Assembly (NCBI GenBank): GCA_034520505.1
Contig: JAXHNK010000003.1
Span: forward strand, 22,323 to 86,322
Source: Anaerolineales bacterium
Lineage (GTDB): Bacteria > Chloroflexota > Anaerolineae > Anaerolineales > UBA11858
Reading direction: 5' to 3'
DNA length: 64,000 nucleotides
Shown here: positions 24,969-34,055 of the stretch, in pieces
Layout of the letters: every line of letters starts with the position of its first letter
Position numbering within the stretch: the stretch's first letter is position 1
Translations under genes and position numbers: made by a program
The notes under the pieces: generated by a model
Told to the model about the DNA's origin: nothing
Databases searched by the model: none
What the model saw: the letters and a program-made list of their open reading frames with translations, nothing else

Positions 24969-26057
24969 TTATCCTCCTCGATGATTTGACCGGTATCTTT
25001 TCATCGTGGTCTGAAAGGAATTCCAGACCGCATCCAGGGATGAACGGGTTGAGAGCTGACAGTGAATGATCTCTGAACCCCAGATGACGAGCAAAGTTAA
25101 TGAATTTTTCCCCTTCAGGACCAGCCGCTTCGGGTCTCCTCCATTGATGATCTCACCCAGGGAGATGGCCTGACGGACGAGAAATTTTGTCAGTTCCGGC
25201 TGCTGTTCGGGCAGGCTTTCCCGCTCCACCACCAACAGCTCTCCCTCCAGGGAGCAAATCATCACCCCTTCAACTCCAGAAATCCTGGTCAACGCTTTCG
25301 CTATCCGCTCATGTTCACTAACCTGAGGAACGTTTTTTTCCTCCGCAGGTTCTTCTTCCCAATCCGGATCCCAACCTTCACCGGTCTCGTCAATGCGGCG
25401 CATACCCTCCATCAGGAGTCCCGACCACCCGGTATTGATCGTCCTCACGGGAGAGGAAACGTCCATTTCCAGCTGGAACGTTCCACTTTCCCAGCTGAGC
25501 AGCTCGTACACCGCCTGATTGCCGCGGAGTTCGCCCACTTCTGAGTGAACTACTTCGCCGTGATTAAAATAGATCAAACCTTCTTTGCCCTGACCGCGTA
25601 TCCGTAAACGGGATTGATTGCGCTCCTCGCAGTTGATCTGAATAATGCTGGCCAGGCTCATCATCCTTAAATCCCCCTGCAGCCCGGATTCTTCCCTGCT
25701 GACAATTTTCTCCACGGTTTCCAGCAACGTCTGATTATCAAAAGGTTTTTCCAGATATTCCACAGCCCCCAACCGGAAAGCGCGAACGGCGGTTTCTTTC
25801 TCCCCAAAAGCAGTCATGATCACCACCTTCGCCCCGGGGTCATAGGCCAGGATTTCTTCCAGCACCTGCAGACCGTCGGTGTCCGGCAGCATCAAGTCTA
25901 CCAGGGCCAGATCAAAAGCATCCTGCCGGTAGCGTTCTACTGCCTGATTACCTCCCAGCACACTGACCACCTGATAACCGCTCTCCTCCAGAATCCGGGA
26001 CAGCACATAGGACAGACTGGTGTCATCTTCAACTAAAAGAATGGATCGCTCAGTCAC
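24969..26057 (-). CDS. response regulator: REC + PATAN (DUF4388) + Roadblock-like C-terminal domain
   Basis: REC motifs LLVEDD, LALVDLMLPDTDG and KPF. The middle region LQGDLRMMSLASIIQINCEERNQSRLRIRGQGKEGLIYFNHGEVVHS..GNQAVYELLSW is PATAN. The C-terminus ISGVEGVMICSLEGELLV... is Roadblock-like. Confidence 0.8.
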   Translation of the reverse strand: MTERSILLVEDDTSLSYVLSRILEESGYQVVSVLGGNQAVERYRQDAFDLALVDLMLPDTDGLQVLEEILAYDPGAKVVIMTAFGEKETAVRAFRLGAVEYLEKPFDNQTLLETVEKIVSREESGLQGDLRMMSLASIIQINCEERNQSRLRIRGQGKEGLIYFNHGEVVHSEVGELRGNQAVYELLSWESGTFQLEMDVSSPVRTINTGWSGLLMEGMRRIDETGEGWDPDWEEEPAEEKNVPQVSEHERIAKALTRISGVEGVMICSLEGELLVVERESLPEQQPELTKFLVRQAISLGEIINGGDPKRLVLKGKNSLTLLVIWGSEIIHCQLSTRSSLDAVWNSFQTTMKRYRSNHRGG

Positions 26058-26886
26058 TGCGGGGCACTCCCCTTCTCATCCCTGATCCGGTCAACAATTG
26101 GCCTCGATATCCCCTCAACTGACCCCGGTCCAAATGGAGATCAGCCGGGTGTTCGTCCTGTCCGCCAGGTTGAATTAAATGAACTCCAGCGGCGGTTAAA
26201 AAATATTCTATCATGGGCAGGGGTGAATCAACCTTTCCAGAAATTAAGGTAGAAACTACCTGACCGACCCCGGTTTTTAGGAGGCGGGAAGGGAACCGTT
26301 CCTGAAAATCAAACCCATCCCGGCCGGCTTTTTAGGCTGTTTTTATCCTGCCTGACAGATGGATGTTCACCCTGCTTCGATTATACCCCAGCAGAGATGG
26401 TCAACATGATCATTTTCCCCACTTAACAAAACTAATAAATCCGCCGAAAGCCCCGGCTGCGCGGGAGAGAGATTTCTGAACAGGTTTTCACCCGGACTGA
26501 AGCCCGGAATTTACATTTGGTGAGCGGGGCTGGTTCCGGAAAGGTTAACCGCCGGCTGCCTCCGGCAGCATCCCCCGGCGCGGGTGGAGGTGAATCCTGG
26601 CCCCGGGGTTAAACCCAGAAAGGTGGACGGGGATCCAGCCCACCCACCTTTCTCACGGAAGAAGAAAATTAATGAAGAAACGTCTTTCCTGACAGTTAAC
26701 AGTGTAGAAGATTTCCGGCTCTTTGAAAAGCTACCCGGGAACCCTTTCTTACCCTCCTCCAGGAGGGGTTAGGACCGTCCCGGCAAGGGATGCGGAGGCC
26801 CTTGATTTGAGATAAGATGGACTTAGTTTACCTGAACCCCTCACCCCCCTGCCCGGCTTGCAATCTCCATCAAGCTGACGTATAGT

Positions 26887-28473
26887 ATGTTTATGCTGAA
26901 GGCCTGGAAACATTTCACCGATCAATTCAATCGGCTGCGCTGGAAAATGACCGTCAGCTATTTCACCGTCACGGTGCTTGCCCTCCTGCTGGCAGAGTTG
27001 ATCGTAATTGCGGGTATCTCCGTCCGCATCGTCCATGACGCCCGGGTGACCAAGGAAGAAATTATCGCAGAATTAGCTTCTGATGAGTTTGCAGGGGTTG
27101 ACGAACGGCGGCTGGCAGAAAAACTGGGGATCAACCGGCTGAACATCTCGCTGGGCGGATACGTGAACATCGGCAGCAGTTTTCTTTCCCCTACTCCTCC
27201 CAATATTGCCGGTTTGAAAAACTTTATCAGCGAATTTTCGACGAACGTGGTCAATATCAAACCCATTGAGCTGGGTAACTTCATCATCAACGTCAGCAAC
27301 ACCAACATCCTGTCCATCTATTACCTCGATGCCCAGGGTCAAATTATCGGCACCATCCCCCCGGGACTGACGGAAAGTTTCCCCGGTGAAGAGACCTTTG
27401 ATCCCCGGGTCATCAAGGGTTTGAGCGAACCTTACGCAGCCGCCCTTTCCGGTTCCCGGGATTATCAGGAGCTGATCAAACGGATCGAAGACAATGTCCT
27501 GATCGGAGCTGTCCCCATCCCGGATCAGAACAACCCCGGGGAAACGGTGGGCGTGCTGGCTTTTGAGCATAAATCCCGCCTGACAGAAATCCTGCAGTGG
27601 GAGCAAATATCCCGCCAGATCGGAATGAGCCTGATTGTGATCACCGGCCTGGCCGGAATATTCGGAATCCTTTTTGGATTCCTGAACGCCCGGTTCATCA
27701 CCTCCCGTTTGGATCAGGTCCGCGAAGCCTCCCGTTCCTGGAGCCGGGGAGATTTTTCGGTGCTGATCGATGACCCCCAACAGGATGAGCTCGGCAGCCT
27801 GGGGAAAACGCTGAACAACATGGCCGTACGCATGGAAAACTTGCTCGAAGAACGGCAGGAGATTTCAGTGATGGAAGAACGCAACCGGCTGGCCCGGGAG
27901 CTTCACGACAGCGTAAAGCAGCAAACATTTGCCGCTTCCGCCCAGTTAGCTGCTGGACGATCCCGGCTGAAAGACCAGGATCAGCAGGCTGAAGCCAATA
28001 TCCAGGAAGCAGAAAGATTGATTGACAGCGTGCGCCGGGAGTTAACCGACCTAATTCACGAACTCAGGCCGGCCAACCTCAAGGGAAAAGGATTGACAAC
28101 CGCTGTCCGGGGGTATATACAAGAGCTGGAAGGACAGATGGATATCCCCATCAGCCTGCGGGTTCAGGGTGAACGGGCCATCCCCCTGGAGGTCGAACAG
28201 ACCCTGTTCCGGATCATCCAGGGAGCGATGGCCAACGTCGCCCGCCACAGCCAGGCCGCCAGGGCAGAAATCCGGATTGCGTACAGCGAGGACCGGGTAA
28301 AGATCAGGATCCAGGATGATGGAGTAGGGTTTAACGCCAAACAACAGAACTTTGGAATCGGTCTGAAATCCATTCAGGAACGGGTGGGTTTGATAGCTGG
28401 AGAACTGGATCTGCGCAGCCGACCCGGCCAGGGGACAACCATCGAGGTTAGCGTGCCGCTCAGAGAAGACTAA
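26887..28473 (+). CDS. sensor histidine kinase (TM, HAMP, HisKA_3, HATPase)
   Basis: H-box ERNRLARELHDSVKQQ with ATP-binding motifs DDGVGF and GIGLKSIQERV. Confidence 0.9.
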   Translation: MFMLKAWKHFTDQFNRLRWKMTVSYFTVTVLALLLAELIVIAGISVRIVHDARVTKEEIIAELASDEFAGVDERRLAEKLGINRLNISLGGYVNIGSSFLSPTPPNIAGLKNFISEFSTNVVNIKPIELGNFIINVSNTNILSIYYLDAQGQIIGTIPPGLTESFPGEETFDPRVIKGLSEPYAAALSGSRDYQELIKRIEDNVLIGAVPIPDQNNPGETVGVLAFEHKSRLTEILQWEQISRQIGMSLIVITGLAGIFGILFGFLNARFITSRLDQVREASRSWSRGDFSVLIDDPQQDELGSLGKTLNNMAVRMENLLEERQEISVMEERNRLARELHDSVKQQTFAASAQLAAGRSRLKDQDQQAEANIQEAERLIDSVRRELTDLIHELRPANLKGKGLTTAVRGYIQELEGQMDIPISLRVQGERAIPLEVEQTLFRIIQGAMANVARHSQAARAEIRIAYSEDRVKIRIQDDGVGFNAKQQNFGIGLKSIQERVGLIAGELDLRSRPGQGTTIEVSVPLRED

Positions 28474-28492
28474 GTCAACGGAGAAATATATC

Positions 28493-29152
28493 ATGACTGA
28501 CACAATCACCGTTTTACTTGTGGATGACCACGAAGTGGTGCGCAGCGGCGTGCGGGCTTTTTTGGACGCTCAACCGGACTTCAAGGTGATCGGGGAAGCG
28601 AAATCCGGAATTGAAGCAGTTGACCTGGTCCGCCAACACATACCCGATGTGGTCTTGATGGACCTGGTTATGGCCAAAATGGACGGGGTTGAAGCCACCC
28701 GTCAGGTGAAGAACCTCAGCCCCCGGACAAAGATAGTGGTCCTTACTTCCTATCACGAAGACGAACATATTTTCCCTGCCCTGCAGGCGGGAGCCATTTC
28801 CTATATCCTCAAAGACATCAAGATGGAAAAGTTAGCCGACGCCATCCGCAGGGCAGCCGAAGGAGAAGCCACCCTCGATCCTCAGGTGGCCTCGCGCGTG
28901 ATCCAGGAGCTGCACGGCGCTAAACAGGACAAACTCAACCCCTACACCGAACTCACCGACCGGGAGATGGAAGTGCTCAAGCTGATCGCCAGCGGAATGT
29001 CCAACAGCGATATCGCCGACAAACTGGTCATCAGTGTCAACACAGTCAAAGGTCATGTCAGCAACATCCTCACCAAGCTTCAGCTGGCTGACCGCACCCA
29101 GGCGGCAGTTTACGCCTGGGAGCAGGGCATCGTACGCAGGAAATCCAGCTGA
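28493..29152 (+). CDS. NarL/LuxR-family response regulator
   Basis: REC (LLVDDHEVVR, VVLMDLVMAKMDG) plus LuxR HTH (LTDREMEVLKLIASGMSNSDIADKLVISVNTVKGHV). Confidence 0.9.
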   Translation: MTDTITVLLVDDHEVVRSGVRAFLDAQPDFKVIGEAKSGIEAVDLVRQHIPDVVLMDLVMAKMDGVEATRQVKNLSPRTKIVVLTSYHEDEHIFPALQAGAISYILKDIKMEKLADAIRRAAEGEATLDPQVASRVIQELHGAKQDKLNPYTELTDREMEVLKLIASGMSNSDIADKLVISVNTVKGHVSNILTKLQLADRTQAAVYAWEQGIVRRKSS

Positions 29153-29191
29153 ACACAGAGCAGATATCAATGCATTAAGAACAGGAGCCAG

Positions 29192-29572
29192 ATGGATAAG
29201 AAAAAATATACCCAAACCCTGCAGGTGAAAAAAGTTTCCCGCTCGATTTTGATGATCCTTGCCGCTTTTTGGTTCGGTTTCAGCCTGTTTTCGGGCGCTG
29301 AATCTTTCGGGGGAGGTTGGAGAGGACTGCTGGCCAACAGCCCCAATGCCCTGCCCTGGTTGGCGCTCCTGATCTTCGTTTATTTTTCCTGGACGTACGA
29401 AATCATCAGCGGGGCGCTGATCACGGCTGAAGGGATTTTCACCCTCTTCTTCTTCGACGCTTTTAATTCTCTCTTTGTCCTGCTGACCATTTCCCTGCCT
29501 ATTCTGCTCCTGGGGTTCTCCCTGCTGGTGACCGGTTATCTGACCCGTAAACCGGATGATCCTCCGGCCTGA
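29192..29572 (+). CDS. small membrane protein, unknown function
   Basis: 126 aa, 4 hydrophobic segments. It follows the two-component pair. Confidence 0.5.
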   Translation: MDKKKYTQTLQVKKVSRSILMILAAFWFGFSLFSGAESFGGGWRGLLANSPNALPWLALLIFVYFSWTYEIISGALITAEGIFTLFFFDAFNSLFVLLTISLPILLLGFSLLVTGYLTRKPDDPPA

Positions 29573-29806
29573 CCTCTTTCCCGTCGGGTGATTTATTATT
29601 CCGCGCTGAGCAGCCAGCGCTCCCCCGGAAGGAGCTCACTGAAAAACAATCCCCCTTCCCGGGGAGAGGACCTGTGGATGATCAGCAGCCGCCGAATACG
29701 ACAGGACAGCTTCCTGATCCCGAAGCCATCCAGGTGGTCAAAGCACCCCATCCGGTTTATACTCAAACCGCAATGACCTCATCCAACGGGAGATCCTATT
29801 TTTTCA

Positions 29807-30533
29807 ATGGCTGACCCTGTCCTCATTCTAATTCTCTTCTTGATCATCTTCGGATCCACTTTTGTCCGCGCTGCCCTGGGTTTTGGCAACGCGCTGATCG
29901 CCATGCCGCTGTTGATCCTGCTGGTGGGCTCCAGAACAGCCAGTCCCTCTGGTGGCAGTTCTCGGGCTGGTCATTGCCGTGCTGATGCTGGTGGGATCCT
30001 GGCAGCAGGTAGATTTTCCAGCCGCCTGGCAGCTGATCCTTTCCACCCTGGTTGGAATTCCCCTCGGATTGTACTTCTTATCGACAGCCCCGGAACAAAC
30101 GATCCGGATAGTCCTGGGGATAGGGTTAATTTCCTTCGGGCTGTATAATTTACTGGGTCCAACTTTGCCCCGCCTCAGCCATCCCGCCTGGACAGCTTTG
30201 TTTGGTTTCCTGGGGGGTATTTTGGGGGGCGCCTACAACTCGAACGGACCCCCGATCGTCATTTACGGAGTCATGCGCGGCTGGCAGCCGGAGCGCTTCC
30301 GGGCGACGCTGCAGGGTTATTTCCTGGTCACCGGGGTGGCTGTTGCCGCCGGCCATGCCGCGGCCGGTTTATGGACCCGGGAAGTGCTCCGGTTGTTCGC
30401 CCTTTCGCTGCCGGCAGTTTTTCTGGCCGTGTACCTGGGCAGATGGACCGCTTCCAGGATAGCGAAGGAGCGTTTTCAACCTCTGCTCCATTTTTTTCTG
30501 ATCATTGCCGGGGGGCTGATGTTCCTCGGGTAA
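29807..30533 (+). pseudogene. TauE/SafE (DUF81) family anion exporter, reading frame broken near 29920-29952
   Basis: Frame 1 gives a plausible TM1-2 (…FGNALIAMPLLILLVG) and then nonsense. Frame 2 continues with …PVPLVAVLGLVIAV… through GGILGGAYNSNGPP to the end. A 1-nt indel would join them. Confidence 0.65.
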
Positions 30534-30579
30534 TTCAGTTTGAGCGGGGGAATATTTTTTATTCAGGAGGTTAGTTTTA

Positions 30580-31038
30580 ATGAAAGCATCCATCATCACC
30601 GGCGCGCTGGTCGCCCTATTCACCGGGATCGCCATCACTCTTCAATCCACCCTGGCCAGCCGGGCGGGGAGCATCATCGGGGATTTCCGGACAGGAATCC
30701 TGATCAACGCCATGGGCGGCCTGATTGCGGGAACGCTGATCTCCCTATCCTTTCTCTGGAAAGGCCCCCAGATGGGGAGTGTGCCCCGGATCGTGATCGC
30801 CATGACAGCGGTATCCGGCTTGCTGGGTGTATTCATCGTGACCGGGATCTCTTTTTCCCTTCAACGGGCAGGAGTGGCTGCGGGTTTGGCCAGCGTCATC
30901 CTGGGGCAGCTGGTGTTCTCCTTTCTCATTGATGCTTTTGGCATCGGTGGGGTTGAAGCCATTCCCCTTTCCTTTTCCCGGGTCCTGGGGATCCTGATCA
31001 CGGGGTTCGGGGTTTATTTACTGCTCCCCAAAGCATGA
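30580..31038 (+). CDS. DMT-superfamily small membrane protein (DUF606/YdcZ-like)
   Basis: 152 aa, 5 TM helices, Gly/Ile/Leu-rich, with a pattern like YdcZ-type half-transporters. Confidence 0.6.
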   Translation: MKASIITGALVALFTGIAITLQSTLASRAGSIIGDFRTGILINAMGGLIAGTLISLSFLWKGPQMGSVPRIVIAMTAVSGLLGVFIVTGISFSLQRAGVAAGLASVILGQLVFSFLIDAFGIGGVEAIPLSFSRVLGILITGFGVYLLLPKA

Positions 31039-31147
31039 GACTCAAAGGACGAGAAAGTTCAGCCTGACTTCCTGTTCCGGGATTCAGGTCGAGTTTATCC
31101 TGACTAAAAAATGGGCTCCCAAGCCCTCCCAGGAAGGAGAAAAACCG

Positions 31148-32110
31148 ATGGGCAGATTACGAGAATTAGGAAAAACCGGGATCAAAATCTCGCCGTTAGG
31201 ATTGGGGGTGATGCAGTTTGCCGGTGGAAAGGGGTTGTTTAAGTTTGCCTTCCCCTCCCTGCCGGAAGAGGAGAAAAGGGAAATCGTCCAGGCAGCGGCT
31301 GCGGGGGGGATCAACTGGTTCGACACCGCGGAAATGTACGGGCGGGGACTGTCCGAACGGGCGCTGGCAGCGGCCCTGGAAGACCTCGGGGTCGAGGATG
31401 ATCAGGTAATCATTGCCACCAAATGGATGCCCTTTCTGCGCACAGCGCGAAACATTCCCCGGACCATCGGCGAGCGGCTGGACAACCTGCATCCCTATAC
31501 AATTGACCTCTACCAGGTGCATAACCCGTGGTCTTTTTCATCTCCCGGGGCGGAGATGAAGGCCATGGCCAACCTGGTAGAAGCGGGCAAGATCCGCTCG
31601 GTGGGTGTGAGCAACTTTAACGCCGATCAGATGCGCCGGGCTCATTCGGCTTTACAGGACAGGGGTCTGGTGCTGGCTTCCAACCAGGTTCAGTACAGTT
31701 TACTTCACCGGGAAATTGAAACCAACGGTATTTTGGAAACCGCCCGGGAGCTGAGGGTGACCATCATCGCCTGGTCCCCGCTGGCCTCCGGGGTCCTGAC
31801 AGGTAAATTTCACAATAATCCCCGCCTGCTGGAAAACACCCCTTTCGGACGCCGCCGGATGCTGCAAAGCCAGATTGAAGAAAGCCAACCGGTAATCCAG
31901 GTGCTGGAGGAGATCGCCCGGGAGCATGATGCCGAACCTGCCCAGGCCGCTTTGAGCTGGTTGATTAACGCCCGGGGGGATTGCGTCGTCGGCATTCCCG
32001 GGGCTTCAAAAGTTGATCATGTGCAGGAAAGTGTGGGAGCGATGGACCTCGTTCTAACCAGCCGTGAAATGGAACGTCTGGATGAGGTTTCCCTCCGGTT
32101 CCGGAAATAA
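31148..32110 (+). CDS. aldo/keto reductase
   Basis: 320 aa with GLGVMQF, FDTAEMYG, ATKW and VGVSNF motifs. Confidence 0.9.
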   Translation: MGRLRELGKTGIKISPLGLGVMQFAGGKGLFKFAFPSLPEEEKREIVQAAAAGGINWFDTAEMYGRGLSERALAAALEDLGVEDDQVIIATKWMPFLRTARNIPRTIGERLDNLHPYTIDLYQVHNPWSFSSPGAEMKAMANLVEAGKIRSVGVSNFNADQMRRAHSALQDRGLVLASNQVQYSLLHREIETNGILETARELRVTIIAWSPLASGVLTGKFHNNPRLLENTPFGRRRMLQSQIEESQPVIQVLEEIAREHDAEPAQAALSWLINARGDCVVGIPGASKVDHVQESVGAMDLVLTSREMERLDEVSLRFRK

Positions 32111-32327
32111 AGCCGGTGCAATGAGGCGCGGTTTTACCCCGGGACCGCTTACAGTTCTGATAAGATCGAGCTTTCCGGGACCCGGCATATTGTTCTAAAG
32201 CTCCATGTTTGATATAGTTAGGGTATTCTTTTTTCACCCCTTTATCCCAGCAGGACAGGGGATTGCGGCGCAACAAACTTATCCTATCTTTTTAGAGGTG
32301 ATCAGCTCTTCATCTGGAGGCCATTTA

Positions 32328-33974
32328 ATGATGTTCAATTCAAAAAATCGCATTTTTCTGTTAACCCTCACCCTGGTCCTGTCGCTGACCCTGACCGGCT
32401 GCCTGGGTCTGCTGTTAGGCGAGGAAGAAATCCCACCCACCAAACCGCAGGAAGAGGAACTACAGCCCACCGAGCCTCCAGCGGAATCAGCGGAGGAGGA
32501 AACAACCCAACCCGAAGGGTTGGTGACCAACCTCCAGGATGTGAAATCCGCCGTGATCCAGATTGAAGCCCAGGGCACCTTTGTAGACCCGGATTTTGGA
32601 GAATATGTCGGAGCCGGCCGGGGCACCGGGTTCATCATTGACCCCTCCGGTCTGGCGGTAACCAACAACCATGTGGTAACCGGCGCTGCCCTGCTTAAGG
32701 TCTGGGTGGGTGGGGAGAGAGAAACCGCGTACAACGCCAAAATAATCGCCGTTTCCGAATGCTCTGATCTGGCCCTGATTGACCTGGAAGGAGACGGTTA
32801 TCCTTATCTGTCCTGGTATTCGGATCCTGTCCAGGTTGGACTGGAAGTGTACGCAGCCGGTTATCCGCTGGGTGATCCCGAGTACACGCTGACCAAGGGA
32901 ATCGTTTCCAAGGAAAACGCCAGTGGAGAAACCAGCTGGGCCTCTGTCAGCCAAGTCATTGAGCATGACGCCACCATAAACCCCGGCAATTCCGGCGGAC
33001 CCCTGGTCACAGCCGACGGGCAGGTGGTGGGGGTGAACTATGCCACCTACGCCGAAGCCAACCAGTATTTTGCGATCGGACGGGAAACCGCCCAGGATGT
33101 GCTGGCGAGACTGGAATCAGGCGCTGACTTCGACTCCCTGGGGATCAACGGATCAGCCGTGATCTCCGATGACGGAACCTTTTCAGGAATCTGGATCTAT
33201 TCTGTGAAATCAGGTTCTCCTGCCGGTGAGGCGGGATTGATCGGCGGAGACATGATCGCCAGCATGGAAAATCTCCCGCTCGCCGCGGACGGGACCATGT
33301 CCGATTACTGCGACATCATCCGCACCCAGGGTGCAGACAGCACCCTGGCCGTAGAAGTCTTCCGCTTTCCAGAGGGGGTGGAGCTGGAAGGCCAGATCAA
33401 CGGGAGTCCACTCTCCGTGGTCTCCGCCCCTGATTCCCCCACGGACCCGGCAGTTAATCAGCCCCCGACTTCCCAACCCTCCGGAGGCACCATCACGGTA
33501 TCAGATGATACCGGCGCGCTGGTCATCAATGTCCCCGCTTCCTGGAACGAACTGGACGGCAGATTATGGGAAGCTGATTGGGACGACCTTCATTTCGTGG
33601 CTGCTTCCCTCCAGGCTGCTCCGGATTTAGAAGCGTTTAAGAATTCCTACAGCGCCAGCGGAGTTGATTTTGCAGCATCCCGCGACTGGGGGGCAATTGG
33701 CGGGTACATCCAGCTGCTGGACGGAGTCGAACACTGGTTTACAGACAGCTGCATCAAGGAAGGGCGCTATGATTATGAAGACGAAGTTTACGAAGGAAGC
33801 TACGACCTCTGGGAATGCGCGGTCGATGAAGCCGTAGTGGTCTTAGCCGCCCGCCCCACCCACGATCCCACCGCCTTCCTTACCCTCGTTCAGGTCCAGA
33901 TCATCACGGATGACGATATCGACGCCCTGGAATCTATCCTGGCTTCCTTTGATGTGGTGGACAGCCTTCCCTGA
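32328..33974 (+). CDS. secreted trypsin-like serine protease (S1C/HtrA-like) with PDZ-like and C-terminal domains
   Basis: Start set to the ATG after GGAGG. Lipobox-like LTLTGC, catalytic triad context TNNHVV / DLALID / GNSGGPL, and PDZ-like SGSPAGEAGLIGGDMI. Confidence 0.85.
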   Translation: MMFNSKNRIFLLTLTLVLSLTLTGCLGLLLGEEEIPPTKPQEEELQPTEPPAESAEEETTQPEGLVTNLQDVKSAVIQIEAQGTFVDPDFGEYVGAGRGTGFIIDPSGLAVTNNHVVTGAALLKVWVGGERETAYNAKIIAVSECSDLALIDLEGDGYPYLSWYSDPVQVGLEVYAAGYPLGDPEYTLTKGIVSKENASGETSWASVSQVIEHDATINPGNSGGPLVTADGQVVGVNYATYAEANQYFAIGRETAQDVLARLESGADFDSLGINGSAVISDDGTFSGIWIYSVKSGSPAGEAGLIGGDMIASMENLPLAADGTMSDYCDIIRTQGADSTLAVEVFRFPEGVELEGQINGSPLSVVSAPDSPTDPAVNQPPTSQPSGGTITVSDDTGALVINVPASWNELDGRLWEADWDDLHFVAASLQAAPDLEAFKNSYSASGVDFAASRDWGAIGGYIQLLDGVEHWFTDSCIKEGRYDYEDEVYEGSYDLWECAVDEAVVVLAARPTHDPTAFLTLVQVQIITDDDIDALESILASFDVVDSLP

Positions 33975-33995
33975 TTTCCCCGGCCTTCTGCAGCC

Positions 33996-34041
33996 AAAAA
34001 AGCATCCGGCGGTCAGCCGCCGGATGCTTTTTGTTTTTTTT
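33996..34041. terminator. bidirectional intrinsic terminator between convergent genes
   Basis: AAAAAA-GCATCCGGCGG-tcag-CCGCCGGATGC-TTTTTGTTTTTTTTT, with a perfect 11-bp stem. Confidence 0.85.
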
Positions 34042-34055
34042 TGTGGTGCTGCAGA

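Noticed and set aside
32205-32327. N-terminal extensions of listed ORFs (protease 32205; also dehydrogenase to 42991, MsrAB from 43063, MFS to 16201, LivG from 53782, tatA to 7066)
   Set aside because: Internal ATG or GTG codons preceded by good SD sequences give proper signal peptides or family-typical N-termini. The extensions are unstructured or overlap upstream genes.
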